64,000 nucleotides of DNA from Eledone cirrhosa (Eukaryota), in contig OZ024743.1 in NCBI GenBank assembly GCA_964016885.1, forward strand, positions 366,544,001 to 366,608,000. Direction: 5' to 3'. Shown piece by piece: positions 1-13,528 of the stretch (the first letter of the stretch is position 1; every line of letters starts with the position of its first letter). A model generated the notes under the pieces. It was not told the origin of the DNA. It was given only the letters and a program-made list of their open reading frames with translations, and did no database searches. A program made the position numbers and the translations under genes.

Positions 1-755
1 TGGTAGTATACTTTCTTACCTTGATGTTGTCATCTTGTAAATTATCACTAACATTTATTTATAGTAGATACAGGCATGGCTGAATACTTAAGAAGTTTTG
101 CTATAAAGCATCTTGAATGAGCAGAATTATAATAGAAGTTTAAGACTTTGCTTGTGTATCCTTATTTATGACTGAGATAATATTTATTATAGATATGGTT
201 TACTTAGATAAAATTGGAGAAAAAACATTCAGTTTTCCTATACAATATTTTTAATGAAGTACATTACCTATTATTTTCAAATAATTCTAAAAGTAATCAA
301 GAATTTGGAAGGATTTAGAAATTTAACTAATTTTACATTAAGCTGATCTTGGGACATAGATTCTTAAATTAAATTGTTTGAAGGTGTTTAAAACAAACAA
401 GCATTGTATCATAACCAAATGCGTTTTCAAGCAGTTTGATATGAAAAGTATGAAGATAAAAAAGAAATGAATTATATTCTATGCAGCAACAATGTTCATG
501 ACACTTTTATGTTGCCTTAGATTGAGAGATAAGTAAGATTAGGTAAGATGGATGAAACCAATGTTTCAAGCTGAAATATTCTAGATATTCTGCCTGACTG
601 TAATGGACAGAATAGGAGTTATAGAGGTATCCAATTTGGGAGGGAGGGAGAGTCTTAATAAAAGGGTTTAGTAAAAGATAAGCAGTGAAGCAGGAGATAA
701 AGTGAAAGTAGTGCTTTGAGAATAAGTAAAAAAAAAATTATTTGTGTTGTTATCT

Positions 756-844
<89 letters not shown>

Positions 845-1177
845 TTGTGTGTATATATATATATACACACAAATGGAAGTTTAGTAAAATCGAAGTTTTG
901 GCTGTGGCCAAGCTAACGATATAGAATTAGGAATGTGCAGCAAAGCACTCGATAAGGTTGGGTTACCTTAGAGTAATAACTGTTTCTACGTTAGTGTATT
1001 ACTGGTACTTTATTTTATTGACCCCGTAAGGATGAAAGGCAAAGTTAACCTCGGAGTAATAACAAAGTTAACCTTAGAGTAATAACATACGTTAGAAAGC
1101 TTGACAATTGAAAACTGCAGCAGGCAAGCCCAGTCACATAATACCAAAGCAACGAAAAAAACCAATCAGGTCAGATA

Positions 1178-1232
<55 letters not shown>

Positions 1233-2296
1233 ATTTAACTTATTTTGATTACCTAAGAGTAGAACTGGTGGTTCTGGTTAGCAAATCATGATGTAACAAA
1301 TCAATCAAAGCACTCAACATTATGGAAGTCATCCATCATGGATGTGGTATCTCGTGGTTGATGCTGGAACAGAGTAAAGTATTTATAAAATAACAACAGA
1401 AGGCCAAACTAGAAGAAGATATGCTTTAAAATTTTAATTCCGTGAAATCACTATACATACTTCAATGGCCCAGCACCATCATCCAAATATGATGCAAGAC
1501 AGGATGATCTCATCAGGTAACTTCGGCAGAATTACATGACAAGGTTATGTTGAACCCGAACTTATGGAAGATAGGGAAAAGAGAATAGGAAATTGAAAAA
1601 TTAAAATTTGACCCAGGGAGTGACTAAAAAAACTGTTGTAGTTGAAAAGACAGCCCCCAGTAGATTAGATGAGTTGAAAATACAACCTTATAAGGTAGAC
1701 AGATATTCAAAGTGCGAATGTGATTTTATTATCCACAGTACTGGGATCAATTTAACTAACTTTCCACATCCTCCAAAATGTTAGCCTTATGCCTATGTTA
1801 AAAACCATTATTATTACTCTGCTGAAAAAAAAAGCCTTTAAATACATACACACATATACTGAAACATACATATACACACAAATACACATACAGTCATAAA
1901 CAGGCAGACATACAAATTAATACATGTTTTAAAATCCCTGTTTTGCTAGTCCTTGAAAACTGATTCTAAAGAATGACTACTAGAATTACACTGTTAGCAA
2001 ATATGTTGATTCAGGCACTGTTTTAGTTTTATATGTAACGTTTTCATTACACACTCCTCATCATGTTTACAACACATTCTCACATACAGACATACATGCT
2101 CTTTGTCTGCCTCTTTCTCTCGTTTGCCCTTCCCTTTCAATTGCACTCACTCTCTCTCTCTCTCTCTCTCTCTCAATCTCTCTCTCTCTCTCTCTCTCTC
2201 TCATACTCAGTTGTTATATTCTTATTCACCTAATTCACTCATATTTTTAAAAATTCATATATCATAGAATATGCTTTTACATACATATACATATGC

Positions 2297-2393
<97 letters not shown>

Positions 2394-4732
2394 AACACAT
2401 ACACAGCCATTGAAAGCTACTATACCCCCTACAAATATTCACCTTACTCAATCATATACAATGTCCAAATACTCATACATCACAGACCATAGATATGTAA
2501 ACTCATATACACATATACACATACAGTCAAAGTTACTTTATCTCTATTCATATATATTTACCCCATTTACTCATTGGCATCATCATCATCATCATCATTT
2601 AAAGTTTATTTTTTCTGCTAGCAAGGATTGAACTGGTCTTCACAGACTGAGTCATTACACAAGCAGAGCTACTGACCTCTTAGATGAACTGGAGACATGC
2701 ATCTAGCTTACTTATGGTCTTGCACTCTACCATGTGTAGTTTATTGTGACTCCTGCACTAGGGAGGATGTTGTCTTAGACTTAGTTGAATGGTTCTCTCA
2801 ACCCTTTGTTTTGGATGTTTTTTTGCTGCATGCCCTTCCTATTACCAACCACTTTACAAAGTGTACTGGGTGCTTTTATCATATAGATCACCAACACTAG
2901 AGAGAGCATCATGTCTTTAATACAACTGAAGGGGCCTCCATAATTATTTTATATTTATTTTTCTGTGCTTGCATTTGTTAGATGGATCTACTCCACCACA
3001 GCATCTCACCTTTTGCTGCAATCTTTTATCATCTCCTTCATGAGGTTATCTTTTGAGTTTAACTTACACCTTTTCTATTCATGTTCCCCTTGATCTTCCT
3101 CTTCTATAGGTTTCTTCTCTTTAGATTAATTGACACTTCTTTACTCAAATGTCATCCTGTATACACATCACTTATCAATACCAATTAACTGAATACATAA
3201 ATACAATATTTATGTCTGCCTGTGTTGCATAGTGCAATTAAATGTACACTTATAGTAAATCATCCATGAAATTTTCTTCATAAATTTTATGGACAACCTT
3301 CTAGAAAAGGTTGTCATAACTAGTCTAGAAAACTATAATAAATAGGTGGGTACTAGGAACTGAGCCTTGCTAAAAATTCATGTAACACAGACTTTACCTG
3401 GTCATACATTAATTATTGACATACTTTACCACATAAAGCCACATTGGCAAGATTTTCTTGTAAAGTACAAAATAAAACTATGACTGCATTGCATTAAAAG
3501 TTAATGTCTTTACTTCAATTTACTGCAATTTTTCATACAATCTGTCCACTAGTAAAGAAACTACAAACATTTGAATTAACAAACCTGATTTTAGGTATTT
3601 TCTGCTAAGTCGTTACAGGATGTTAAGAGTTAATATACAATTAGACATGCATGTATGTGCACATGTGCAAACAACACACATTGAAATATATGCCAGCAGA
3701 GAAATGCCACCCATAAATTCTTCTCAACTTTCTCTTTCCCCACCCCACAGCCACTCAAAAACATTACCAACCAATCACTAAGTTGTTTTATTCCATATAA
3801 AATAGTTGGACTAGTATCATTTCCAAGATAAAGGTTAACAAAGAAATGGAGAACCACACACACACAGCACACCAAAAAACATGAAATATATATATTAAAG
3901 GTTTAAAAGCAGCAGACTATCATTCTAAATTGAAATTGCCAGATTGATGCTCCAGGCTAGTCAAAGAGATGGCTGTGAAGTTATATAATTGCTCAGCAGC
4001 TTGTCAGTTTACAAGTTTCATTCTAAATACCATAAGTTTACATCCACATTTCAGTGGTTGTTTAGTTGTTTAGTAACCCACCACTACCACCACCACAGAT
4101 CAACCCTGATTGAAGAGTTCTTTTTTTTTGTTTGTTTGTTTTTATTGTTTAATGCTGTGTGTATCCGGTTTAGAATACCTACACTTTATGTCTGCGTGCC
4201 ATAAGAGATGGTTAAAAGACTTGGTATTAGGAAGTGCATCTGGCCATAAAATGTTGCTTCAGAAAGGAACCAATGATTGAACTTGTAATGAGGCCTGCTT
4301 GTTGTAATCAAGAAGGAAAAAGCAATACCCATGACTCTCTTCAGGTCTTCTGAGTCTGGTGGAAGGAAAGTATCTTTACATCAGAAAACTAGTTCAAATG
4401 CTTGTAATAGGTTACACTCTGTTCAAAGCCCAGTTGGTCTTTTTAAACACAGGGATGGAGTTAGTTTACCAACAAAGAACAAGACAATCTCTCTGAAAGG
4501 TTTCGACACAGTTTCTCTTCTACTAAATTCCTGCACAAGGCATTGGTTGATCCAAGGCAATTGTTGAACACACTTGCTCGAGATGCCACACAGTAAGATA
4601 GAACCTAAGACTTTGTGTTTGTAAAGCAAATTTCTTAATCACACAGCTCAACCTGCCCTTGTGAAAACCATGCTTGTGTCTAGTATAAATAAAATACTAA
4701 TTCTTGCAATGTACTTGGCTTGCTATGACAGA

Positions 4733-4955
4733 TTATCCCTTTTGTGACTGTATTTCTAATGAAATACACATTATTTCAATTAAATAATGAAGAATTTTGA
4801 GAGGTTTCTACTCAAATTATTATTCCATTACTAAGATGGTTCTTATATAAAATTATATTGGAAAATTTGAATTTACATAGGAACCCTATAAAATGTGTGG
4901 TTTTGTTTCATAGAACCAAAACTGGTTTTGGCTGAGTTGCTATGAAAAGTCTTAA
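4733..4955. mobile_element. Old TTAA-type (piggyBac-like) MITE; related pieces at ~170-450, 9350-9425, 27930-28150, 60285-60440
   Basis: Degenerate termini ttatccctttt / aaaagtcttaa, with a shared internal aaccaaa.ctggttttgg motif. Confidence 0.45.
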
Positions 4956-4965
4956 ACATTTTCAT

Positions 4966-5278
4966 TGGTGGATTGGCAGTATCGGTATAGGGTCAGACAC
5001 CATGCTTTGACGCATAGAGTTACGGCCCTTTCCAGTCTGAGTCCAAATCCCGCCAAGGTTAACTTTGCCTTTCATCCTTACTGGGTCGATAAAATAAAGT
5101 ACCAGTCATGTACTGGGTAATTGCTGACCTTGTGCCAAAAGTAGAAACAATTATTATCTGAGTTCAAATCCCGCCGAGGTTAACTTTGCCTCTCATTCTT
5201 ACGGGGTCGATAAAATAAAGTACCAGTAATGTACTGAGTAATTGCTGGCCTTGTGCCAAAAGTAGAAACAATTATTAT
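4966..5278 (+). mobile_element. tRNA-derived SINE, full copy plus tandem partial copy
   Basis: A box tggcagtatcgg, B box gagttcaaatcc, central gcctttcatccttacggggtcgataaaataaagtaccag, (TTA)n tail. Confidence 0.88.
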
Positions 5279-5343
5279 AATTAAATGATTATACAAATCT
5301 GATGTATTTTGATTTGTTTTCTGTATTTTCATTTTTCTTGTAG

Positions 5344-5517
5344 CACATGGTGGATGGACTCCATGGTCTGCTTGGACATCCTGTTCTCAGACGTGTAATA
5401 GTGGTGTTAGATCTCGCACACGTACCTGTGGAAATCCGGCCCCACTGCATGGAGGACGTGACTGTGAGGGGTCCGCCAAGCAGGAGGAATACTGTCCTGG
5501 AAATCCACGTTGCCCTT
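5344..5517 (+). CDS. SEMA5: Semaphorin-5 internal exon, TSP1 repeat (HGGWTPWSAWTSCSQTCNSGVRSRTRTCGNPAPLHGGRDCEGSAKQEEYCPGNPRCP)
   Basis: Polypyrimidine tract plus TAG acceptor at 5341-5343 and GTAAGT donor at 5518. 174 nt, phase 1-1. WxxWxxW, CSxTC and RxRxC TSP1 motifs. This frame is not in the ORF track. Confidence 0.9.
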
Positions 5518-5709
5518 GTAAGTAATCCTTTTACCACATCTTATCCACTTTTATTAGGCTTGTTATTTTTTTTATTCACTATACATAATTCATTTGTACA
5601 TGCATTACATCTGTTTAAATATTTATCTATCAAACTATATATATATATATATAAATCAGGAAAGAAGAGTGACACAGTTTGCTATACAAAAAAGGTTTTT
5701 AATCTTATT

Positions 5710-5815
5710 GCTGACAATTGTTTCTCTGAACTGGTAGGTCTAGAGATCGCTACCCGCTTATTTTCACATTATTCGATCACCAATACAAAGTTATAACCAG
5801 TCAATTCATCGGAGC
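5710..5815 (-). ncRNA. Degenerate type-I hammerhead ribozyme in the PLE 3' pseudo-LTR
   Basis: Minus strand: gct-CCGATGA (U4>C)-ttgactggt...accagttcaga-GAAA, palindromic stem III ACAATTGT, GUC site, then agc closing a 3-bp stem I. Confidence 0.6.
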
Positions 5816-6627
5816 TTGTGAGAATGAAAAGAATATACAGGCATGGCTACTATATATAGTAGTAATGGCATTCAATCAGAACAATACTAACAATGCTAGC
5901 AATAAATTATTTGAAATAATCACAACATCAATCTAGGTGGGAAGTATAGTATATCTACGATTTTAGCGTGTAAAACTAGCTGACATGAGGCAGATGTATA
6001 AAATTGACATGTAAAAGCTGTCATGGGGTGTATTATATCTAGTGTAAAGATAAGCTGGTGGCTTTAAACAATGTAGGTCTGGTGGCCGCAAGACTCATTT
6101 ATTATCTGACAGATGAAGAATTTATCACTATAGTGAGGATAGTAATATTTGTGTGGTCTATATTAGATGAAAGGATTGTCTAGCTTTCTCATCATCAATA
6201 ACATACATGTATAAGATAACATTAACAGAGTAGCAATATAATGGGCAAGTTAATACAGAGGTTAAGGAGGCAATATATATATATATATATATACATACAT
6301 ACACACAAACACATATATATATATATATACATACATATAAAGAGAAAACATGCTGACTATAATTATAACAGGAGGAAAGTAAAGTTCTGTTGTAGTAGTA
6401 TTTTGAAATGTTCTTGGATTTAGGTTCATTTGTTGAGAGTCAAGGGTGAGGAAGTTGTGCTGACAGCAGCTGAGAAGAGATATATTTATGAGTTGATGAG
6501 GTACTTACAGACATTAGTGTGGTATAGAACTAAGAAGGCTAGAATGTACTTAATGATTATATTTCTGTGGTGGTTCGTGCAGTGTAGTGGGTATCCTAAG
6601 TTGAAAGCTATGTTACGTCGGTTCGAT

Positions 6628-8795
6628 TCACGGAGGTTTAAATCTTGTGAATTTAGTGGCGATCCTGTGTCTGCAGAAGATAGATTTTTCTAACTTATTG
6701 TTAAGTAGCCTTTTTACATTTCTAAGGATATACAGTAGTTCTAGATCACATAGCCTACAGTGGGACATACCAGTACTGTAGGTCTTTGCGGCCGACAACC
6801 TCGACCAGTTGATACTGTATTTGGTGTTGTTATCCTTAAGTTCCCAGATTTTTTTGGCGAGGGTTGTAGAACCCATAAGTGCACGATTTTTCATCGAGTG
6901 TCTGTGCACATATAATCTTTTTTTAAAAGTACCCACGGTGGATCCAAGTGGAGTTGTCTGAGTTGACCGTACACATGTACACTAGGCTCAAATCGAGGCA
7001 TCTATTCGCCAATGGGCACCTATCCGGTAGGTGACAGTTACAGTTTGAGGTGTTATTTCATGCAGCTTCTACACTGCTATAAGTGGGTTGTGATTCATGC
7101 CCGTTGGGGTTTTGCTGCTGCGTGCTTGCTTGCGGTTGTGATACTGTGATACGTTTATGCTTATAATTTGGTGCTATATTCCCTAGAGATATTTCTGTGG
7201 TTGATCTTGCGTATGTGCGATTCTATATTTGCTGCCGTAGAGTATGAGAGTTTTATAGTGTTTCTATTGAGTATTTTATGATATCTGTATGAAATAGGGA
7301 AGTGTTTATCTATTAGTTTAAAGAATGTAGAAGGCAGTCTGGTTTTTACAGAGGAGTGGAAGATTGGTTTGAACCATAGGTATTTTCTTTCTCTGATTCT
7401 TCTATTGCTTCTAGGGTTTACATTATTGGTGTTTGGACCGCTTACTCTAGGTGCTACGTGCCTAACTCTATGTCTAGTCCTGTTGCCTCTATTTTTGTGT
7501 GAGCGGTTGGTGTAATTGCTATTAGGTTTGTTTAAGTTGTCTTTATTCACTATATACTGCAGTTTATCTTTATGTCCAGCCCTATGTAATGCTGCGTTAT
7601 AATAGTTAGCATGTTCATTAAAAATTTCTAGGTTTGAGGATAAGCGGGATATTCTAAGGGATATACTACGTGCTATGGATCTAATTATGGATTTGGGATG
7701 GTTTGAGTTATAATTAATGTAGGCCAGATTTTCATTATTTTTGTGGAAAGGTTCTATTAATCCCGTATTTAGATTTAGAGTCACATCTAGAAAGTTTACC
7801 TTCTTATGGTTCAGTTCGTAGGTAATACTTAGGCCTAGTTTTTTGAAAAATGTTTTAATGTTTTTTCTTAATCTTTCCATGCTCTGGTTGTTTAAGTTCC
7901 TAGCTATAAGAAGCATGTCGTCTCTATAAATCCCTCCTTGGAGGTTACTGAATTCCTTATGTAGGTTGTGTGCTATAAATAGTCACACGACGTCAGTGAT
8001 TTGCGCAGAGTCCTTTGATCCCATTGTGATATCTAAGCTGTTTATCCTATCTCTTCTTACCCAGTAGCTATTTTCAAATTTTATGATAGTCCTTCTAGCC
8101 TCTATTATTATTTCAATTTCCTCAGGGGTAAGATCGGAGTTGTTTTGGGCAAATATAAGCGCTTTATCTAGGGTGGCTGGGGATATGGATGCATAGTAGT
8201 CGTTTATATCAAATTGTATGAAGTTACATGTCTCCCTATTTCATATTTTATTGAACCATTCAATCGCCTCATTAGTGTTACTCCATAAATTGATTTCTAG
8301 ATTACCCTATCTAGAATGTTCTTGCTAATTTTACCTATATCTGACTTAGATGGGCATATTAATCTAATAGTAGCGTTTGTTTCAAAATTATTTTTGTGAT
8401 CCTTCAGGTTAAATGTGGGGTTGCATGGGGTTAGAGGCTCGGTCCTATCAGGTATTCCGAGTTTATTTACTATCCTAAGGCCCTCCACGTTAATGCTGGT
8501 GAGTGTGGATTCATTTGTTTATTTGTATTTTTTATGTAGTTCACGCTGAATAAAATTATTGTATGTGTTAAGGTCCATAGAATATACGTTTGATGTTTTG
8601 TCTGCTTTTACTATGATAACGTTAGTGTCTTTTAGTTTTTTTAGTAGTGTATTGATGTCATTTTGTAATTTGTTGTGATGTGTTCTTTTTTTTAATTTAG
8701 TTCCACTTATCATATTCATAAGGTCCAGCTCGAAGGCATCGAGTGTGGGGTTGTTTGGAGGGTTTTTGCAGGATTTAAATCCGTAATTCTCCTTA
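6628..8795 (-). pseudogene. Disrupted PLE RT / GIY-YIG ORF
   Basis: Fragments NYGFKS, VKADKTSN, LKDHKNNF, QFDINDYY, GIYRDDML, VNFLDVTL, SNHP, a CNC...CP linker, and FKKRLYVH...CRLC...CRH. Split by stops and frameshifts (ORFs 8519-8719, 8297-8488, 7161-7916, 6628-6936). Confidence 0.9.
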
Positions 8796-9069
8796 GAAAA
8801 TTCTCTTGCGTTCTCCTAACAGTTCAGAGAAACAATTGTCAGCAATGAGATTAAAAACCTTTTTTGTATAGCAAACTGTGTCACTCTTCTTTCTTGATTT
8901 ATCATTACTCCCAGTCTTTACAACATAGGAATTACAGCGTACTTGCAACATCACTATGGAAACGCCTTGTTGAGTCAAACTTAGCCAAGCGTTGATATCA
9001 TCCACTACCCGGAGTATCATAACTGGACTACACTTAAGTGGACTACCTATAACAATAATTTGTTACCCC

Positions 9070-9137
<68 letters not shown>

Positions 9138-9206
9138 TATGAAGAGAGAAGAAACATTTAGATATAATTAGTAATAAAATGTATCATACCTAAACTGTTC
9201 CTAAAT

Positions 9207-9294
9207 TCCTCGACTACGTAGTTTCGTGGCATAAACAAAAACAATATATCAAAGATATAGAGTCCTTGCGAGGTCTGCCGACTTATCAAGAGGA
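9207..9294 (-). ncRNA. Type-I hammerhead ribozyme with U3-A8 core variant
   Basis: Minus strand: tcctc-TTGATAA-gtcggca...tgccac-GAAA-ctacgtag-TC-gagga. 5-bp stem I, 6-bp stem II with one bulge, palindromic stem III ACTACGTAGT. Confidence 0.7.
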
Positions 9295-10002
9295 TACCTC
9301 ATTTTACTAGTCTCAAGAACGCGTCTACACGACGCGAGAAAGAAGCCCTTTAAAATGGGTCTTTTTGTTTTGAAGTTTTGAAGAACCAAAGCTGGTTTTG
9401 GTTGGGTTGGTGTCAAAAGGCTTAAACATTTTCATCATCATGATTACATGATTATACAAAAGCCAGATATATAATGTTAAACAATGAAAGAATAAGTCAA
9501 AGTGAAGTAGTTAATTAATCCATTGTTTTACAATCATTTCAGAGAGCAAAATTATCAATGACAGTTATGCAACTCCATATGATTAACCTCAAAAAAGCAC
9601 ATCCATTCTGCTGTCAATCCTCAGAAATAACCTAGACGTGCTTTTTTTAGGCTAATTGTATGGGGCTACATAACTGCCATTGATTAGTCTACACAACACT
9701 TATTTTACTCTCTGAAATAATCATAAAGCGATGTACTAATTAGTTACTTTACCTTGCCTTGTTTTTCCATTGCTTAATATTATATATATAAAGGAATAAA
9801 TTACATACTTTTATACACACTCTCTAGCATACATGCATATACATATACAAATATGCTTATACATTCCTCCTCCTCCACTCTCTCTCTCTCTCTTTCAACA
9901 ATGAGTGTTTGTCAACATGTTGTTGACTCTACTGTACAAACAGAGAGAGAGAGAGAGAGTAAAGATGGGTGGGTGTTAGAAAGAGAGGCACTGCTAGCAA
10001 GA

Positions 10003-10591
10003 GAGTAAAGATGTGGTGAAGATGATGGAAACAATAACTTGTCTGAACATTTCTCCTAAAGGAAGAAATAAAACTCTCAAAGAACAGAAGGACATCATTA
10101 GTAAACATAGCAGGAAAAGACAGAAGCTAAACACAATGACTATTGTAGCCTTGTTACTGAAGATATATCAAAGATATTTAACACCATCTCAGAAACCTTT
10201 CACTAATGACATCCTTCCCTAGTTAATAATAATTGTTTCTACTTTTGGCACAAGGCCAGCAATTACCCAGTAATAACTTTGCCTTTCATCCTTACAGAGT
10301 CGATAAAATAAAGTACCAGTAATACACTGGGTAATTGCTGGCCTTGTGCCAAAAGTAGAAACAATTATTATTAACTAGGGAAGGATGTCATTAGTGAAAG
10401 GTTTCTGAGATGGTGTTAAATATCTTTGATATATCTTCAGTAACAAGGCTACAATAGTCATTGTGTTTAGCTTCTGTCTTTTCCTGCTATGTTTACTAAT
10501 GATGTCCTTCTGTTCTTTGAGAGTTTTATTTCTTCCTTTAGGAGAAATGTTCAGACAAGTTATTGTTTCCATCATCTTCACCACATCTTTA

Positions 10592-10594
<3 letters not shown>
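10003..10594. repeat. Near-perfect inverted duplication (269-bp arms) centred on a SINE 3' fragment
   Basis: Arms 10003-10271 and 10326-10594 are reverse complements. The same 69-aa ORF appears on both strands. The spacer is the SINE central domain. Confidence 0.92.
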
Positions 10595-10634
<40 letters not shown>

Positions 10635-11313
10635 CCTGTTACCTTCTATTTTTCCCCACCCACAATCTTTTTCCTACTCTCCTATGCATATTTACTCCCT
10701 TTTTATTTTTTCCTCTCCCATTCACAATTTCTTTCTCTCTCTGCCCTATCTTCCCCCTCCCCCTTTTATGTCTTCACCCTGACCCCTTTAATTCCTCTCT
10801 ATCTCCTCTGTTCTATCTTTTTCTTCTCTCCCTATTGTCCAATCAGAAATAAATCCTCTCCTGCTCTTGTATACCAATTTCTCTATCATCTTGTTACTAT
10901 ACACTCAGTGTCTTTCTTTGCTTTTTACCACAAATACATAACCCTCTCACTCAATCTGATTCCCCCTCTCCTTGCTACTCACACAACCTTATCACATTCA
11001 CACTCAGTTTGCAACTCTTTACTACACTCATAGCCCTACCACACTGTTTCCCATCTCCTTACTACATACAACCCTGTCACACTCTCAACACACACAGCCC
11101 GCTCATGCACAATGTCTCCCCTCCTCATTATACACATAGCCCTATTATGCAAACACAGCTCTCTCAAACTTACTCTGATTTCCTTATCCTTACTATACCC
11201 AACCCTCCCACACCCACTATATTTACTACACAGATAGTCCTACGACACTCAGATACACTTTTCCTCTTACTATACACTACTCTTCTCACCCTCACTGTAT
11301 CTATTTAATACAG

Positions 11314-11493
11314 ATAGCCCTATCAATGGACAGTGGTCAATGTGGTCCTCATGGGCTGGATGCTCAGAGCGATGTTATGGAGGAGTTCAGACGAGGCGCC
11401 GTAACTGTGACAACCCACCACCAAAACACAAGGGCTTACCTTGTATTGGAAATGAACAGGAATGGCGTATGTGCAATAAACATAACTGTGATG
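11314..11493 (+). CDS. SEMA5: Semaphorin-5 internal exon, TSP1 repeat (SPINGQWSMWSSWAGCSERCYGGVQTRRRNCDNPPPKHKGLPCIGNEQEWRMCNKHNCD)
   Basis: CAG acceptor at 11311-11313 and GTAAGT donor at 11494. 180 nt, phase 1-1, in frame with the previous exon. Canonical TSP1. Confidence 0.92.
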
Positions 11494-12103
11494 GTAAGTA
11501 TCATTATGATAATTTAGATCATCATCATCATCATCATCATCATCGTCTTGAACCATTGAAGGAACAGTTATATATTTACCTGATGTGATGAAAATAGCAG
11601 CTGAATTTCCCTCAAACCTCACTTAAATAAATATGAATATATTTGGTCAAACTAGTTGTTGATATACAAAAAAATTAGAATGGTGAAAGTTGAAACACTT
11701 TAACCAGTGCTGATCTGAGGCTAAACAATAACAAAGCAAGGAGATACTGTATAATGAAGTCCTAGATACATTGCAAGAAAAACAAGGTATGGTTAATGCT
11801 ACAACATCTTTGATTATGACCTCTTAACTCCTGATGGATTTATAGGCATTTAAACCTGACACAGTTCATCCCTCTCCAGCTCTGGAAACAACCAAATAGG
11901 GAGAGCAAGTGAAAAAGAGATATAGAGACCCCAGTACTGGACTTTATTTATCAACCTCAGTTGACCTCAGCAAGATATGAACTCAGAGCAGAGAGAGCCA
12001 GTACAACTACTACAAAGCATTCTATCTAGTATTCTAATAGCTCTGCCAATCTGCTACCTTATTTTTATCATAGTTATGCTGGCTAGCAGAAAAGGTGGTT
12101 TTC

Positions 12104-12785
12104 TGCTAGCATGTGTAGTGTGCATATTGATATTATATGCAAATATATATGCATGTAGATATAATACGTCAAATAAAATCGTAATTGACAATATGCACAG
12201 ATATTGAAGAGAGACTGTGTTACACTCTCTTCTGTAAACAACAAAGTAATCCGATACATTTTAAAAAGACGATGTTATATAGAAACTGCATTATGGTGAA
12301 ATGTAATGAAAACGAAAAAGGTGAAAATAAGCGACAGAAATATAAATGCTATGATATAATGATGCAAATATATGAACATTTTTATAAGCGATATGTGATA
12401 TAGCGTCCGTTATATCATAACCAGAAGCATTGATGTTTGAAAATTTTAAAAGAAGTGAATCTTAAAATAAGCAATCATTATATATACGTCCCTTTACGAT
12501 CTGAGTTCAAATCCCGCCGAGGTTGACTTTGCCTTTCATCCTTACGGGGTCGATAAAATAAAGTACCAGTAATGTACTGGGTAATTTCTGGCCTTGTGCC
12601 AATAGTAGAAACAATTATATATATAAGAATATTTATGTTAAATCAACAACTACGAAATTTAGTACATAAATTATATAATATTCATTCATTATTTATTCAA
12701 AGTAATCCAACTTATTTTACTAAAGGGATAAAAAAAATATAAAACGGACACTGTCCTGCACTCCTCCCTTTATTATAGTATAGAT
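12104..12785 (-). mobile_element. Possible non-autonomous Helitron, interrupted by a SINE
   Basis: The minus strand begins A|TCTATACTATAATAAAGGG, a Helitron-type 5' TC end. A candidate CTAG 3' end lies near 12106, but the hairpin is weak. Confidence 0.45.
12487..12619 (+). mobile_element. tRNA-derived SINE, 5'-truncated
   Basis: Same family as 4966-5278. Confidence 0.85.
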
Positions 12786-13345
12786 TTAAGGCCAACTTGG
12801 AACTAAATATCACAAATTATCTACCTCTCTACATAATGCTAGCTAATGCAGAAGTCAGCATATTCTCTTACTTATTCTAGATTTTTTTATATTCTGTTTT
12901 ATCTCTATTGCATTTCTTATTCTTATGATGATGATGATGATTCTAATTCCTCTATTATATTCCTTATTCCAGTGCCTCTATTATATTATATTCTGTTCCT
13001 TAATCTAGTGTTACTATTATGCTCTATTCTATTCCATATCCTAGTCCCTCTGTTATGCACAATTCTATTCATTTTCTTATTCTAGTTGGTTTGTTCTATT
13101 GCATTATAATTTACTCTATTCTATTCTTATTCCACTATTATACTATATTTTATTCAGTTATACTTTGTTCCATTCTATTTCTCTATTATATTATTCTATA
13201 ATATTCTATTCTATTTCTTGTTGCTTTCCTTTTTAGTTCTATTTTTTCTTTTCTATTCTACACTATTCAACTCTATTTTATTTTCTGTTCTATATCTTCC
13301 ATCTCTTCTACACATGTCAGTTATCATTATCTTGTATACTTACAG

Positions 13346-13528
13346 CCAAAGTGAAAGTGGTACCATGGAGCGACTGGGTGAAGACAAATACAACAAGAGG
13401 TGGATATTTTGAGCAGCGCTTCCGTTTTTCATGCAGCGCACCAGTGCCGGATCGCCACATGATCCGAGCTAAACACATGAAAAGCCAAGTGCGTTTCTGC
13501 TTCAACAATGGAGTATGTCACAACTCAG
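13346..13528 (+). CDS. SEMA5: Semaphorin-5 internal exon, atypical TSP1-like repeat (KVKVVPWSDWVKTNTTRGGYFEQRFRFSCSAPVPD...QVRFCFNNGVCHNS)
   Basis: CAG acceptor at 13343-13345 and GTGAG donor at 13529. 183 nt, phase 1-1. PWxxW...GG.xEQRFRxxC matches, from recall, the degenerate TSP repeat typical of class-5 semaphorins (PWTPW...GGHYEQRFRYTC). Confidence 0.88.

Larger units (their letters stand above)
5651..9071 (-). mobile_element. Penelope-like retroelement, 5'-truncated, with inverted 5' partial pseudo-LTR and tail
   Basis: RT and GIY-YIG fragments on the minus strand. Inverted repeat 5651-5738 / 8815-8902, with an extra tail 8903-9071. Flanked on both sides by (TA)n. Confidence 0.92.

Noticed and set aside
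5347-5796. 149-aa ORF overlapping the first exon
   Set aside because: Wrong frame. The TSP1 frame with proper splice sites explains the region, and this ORF runs into intron and PLE sequence.
10013-10584. Identical 69-aa ORFs on opposite strands
   Set aside because: A by-product of the inverted duplication, with no protein features.
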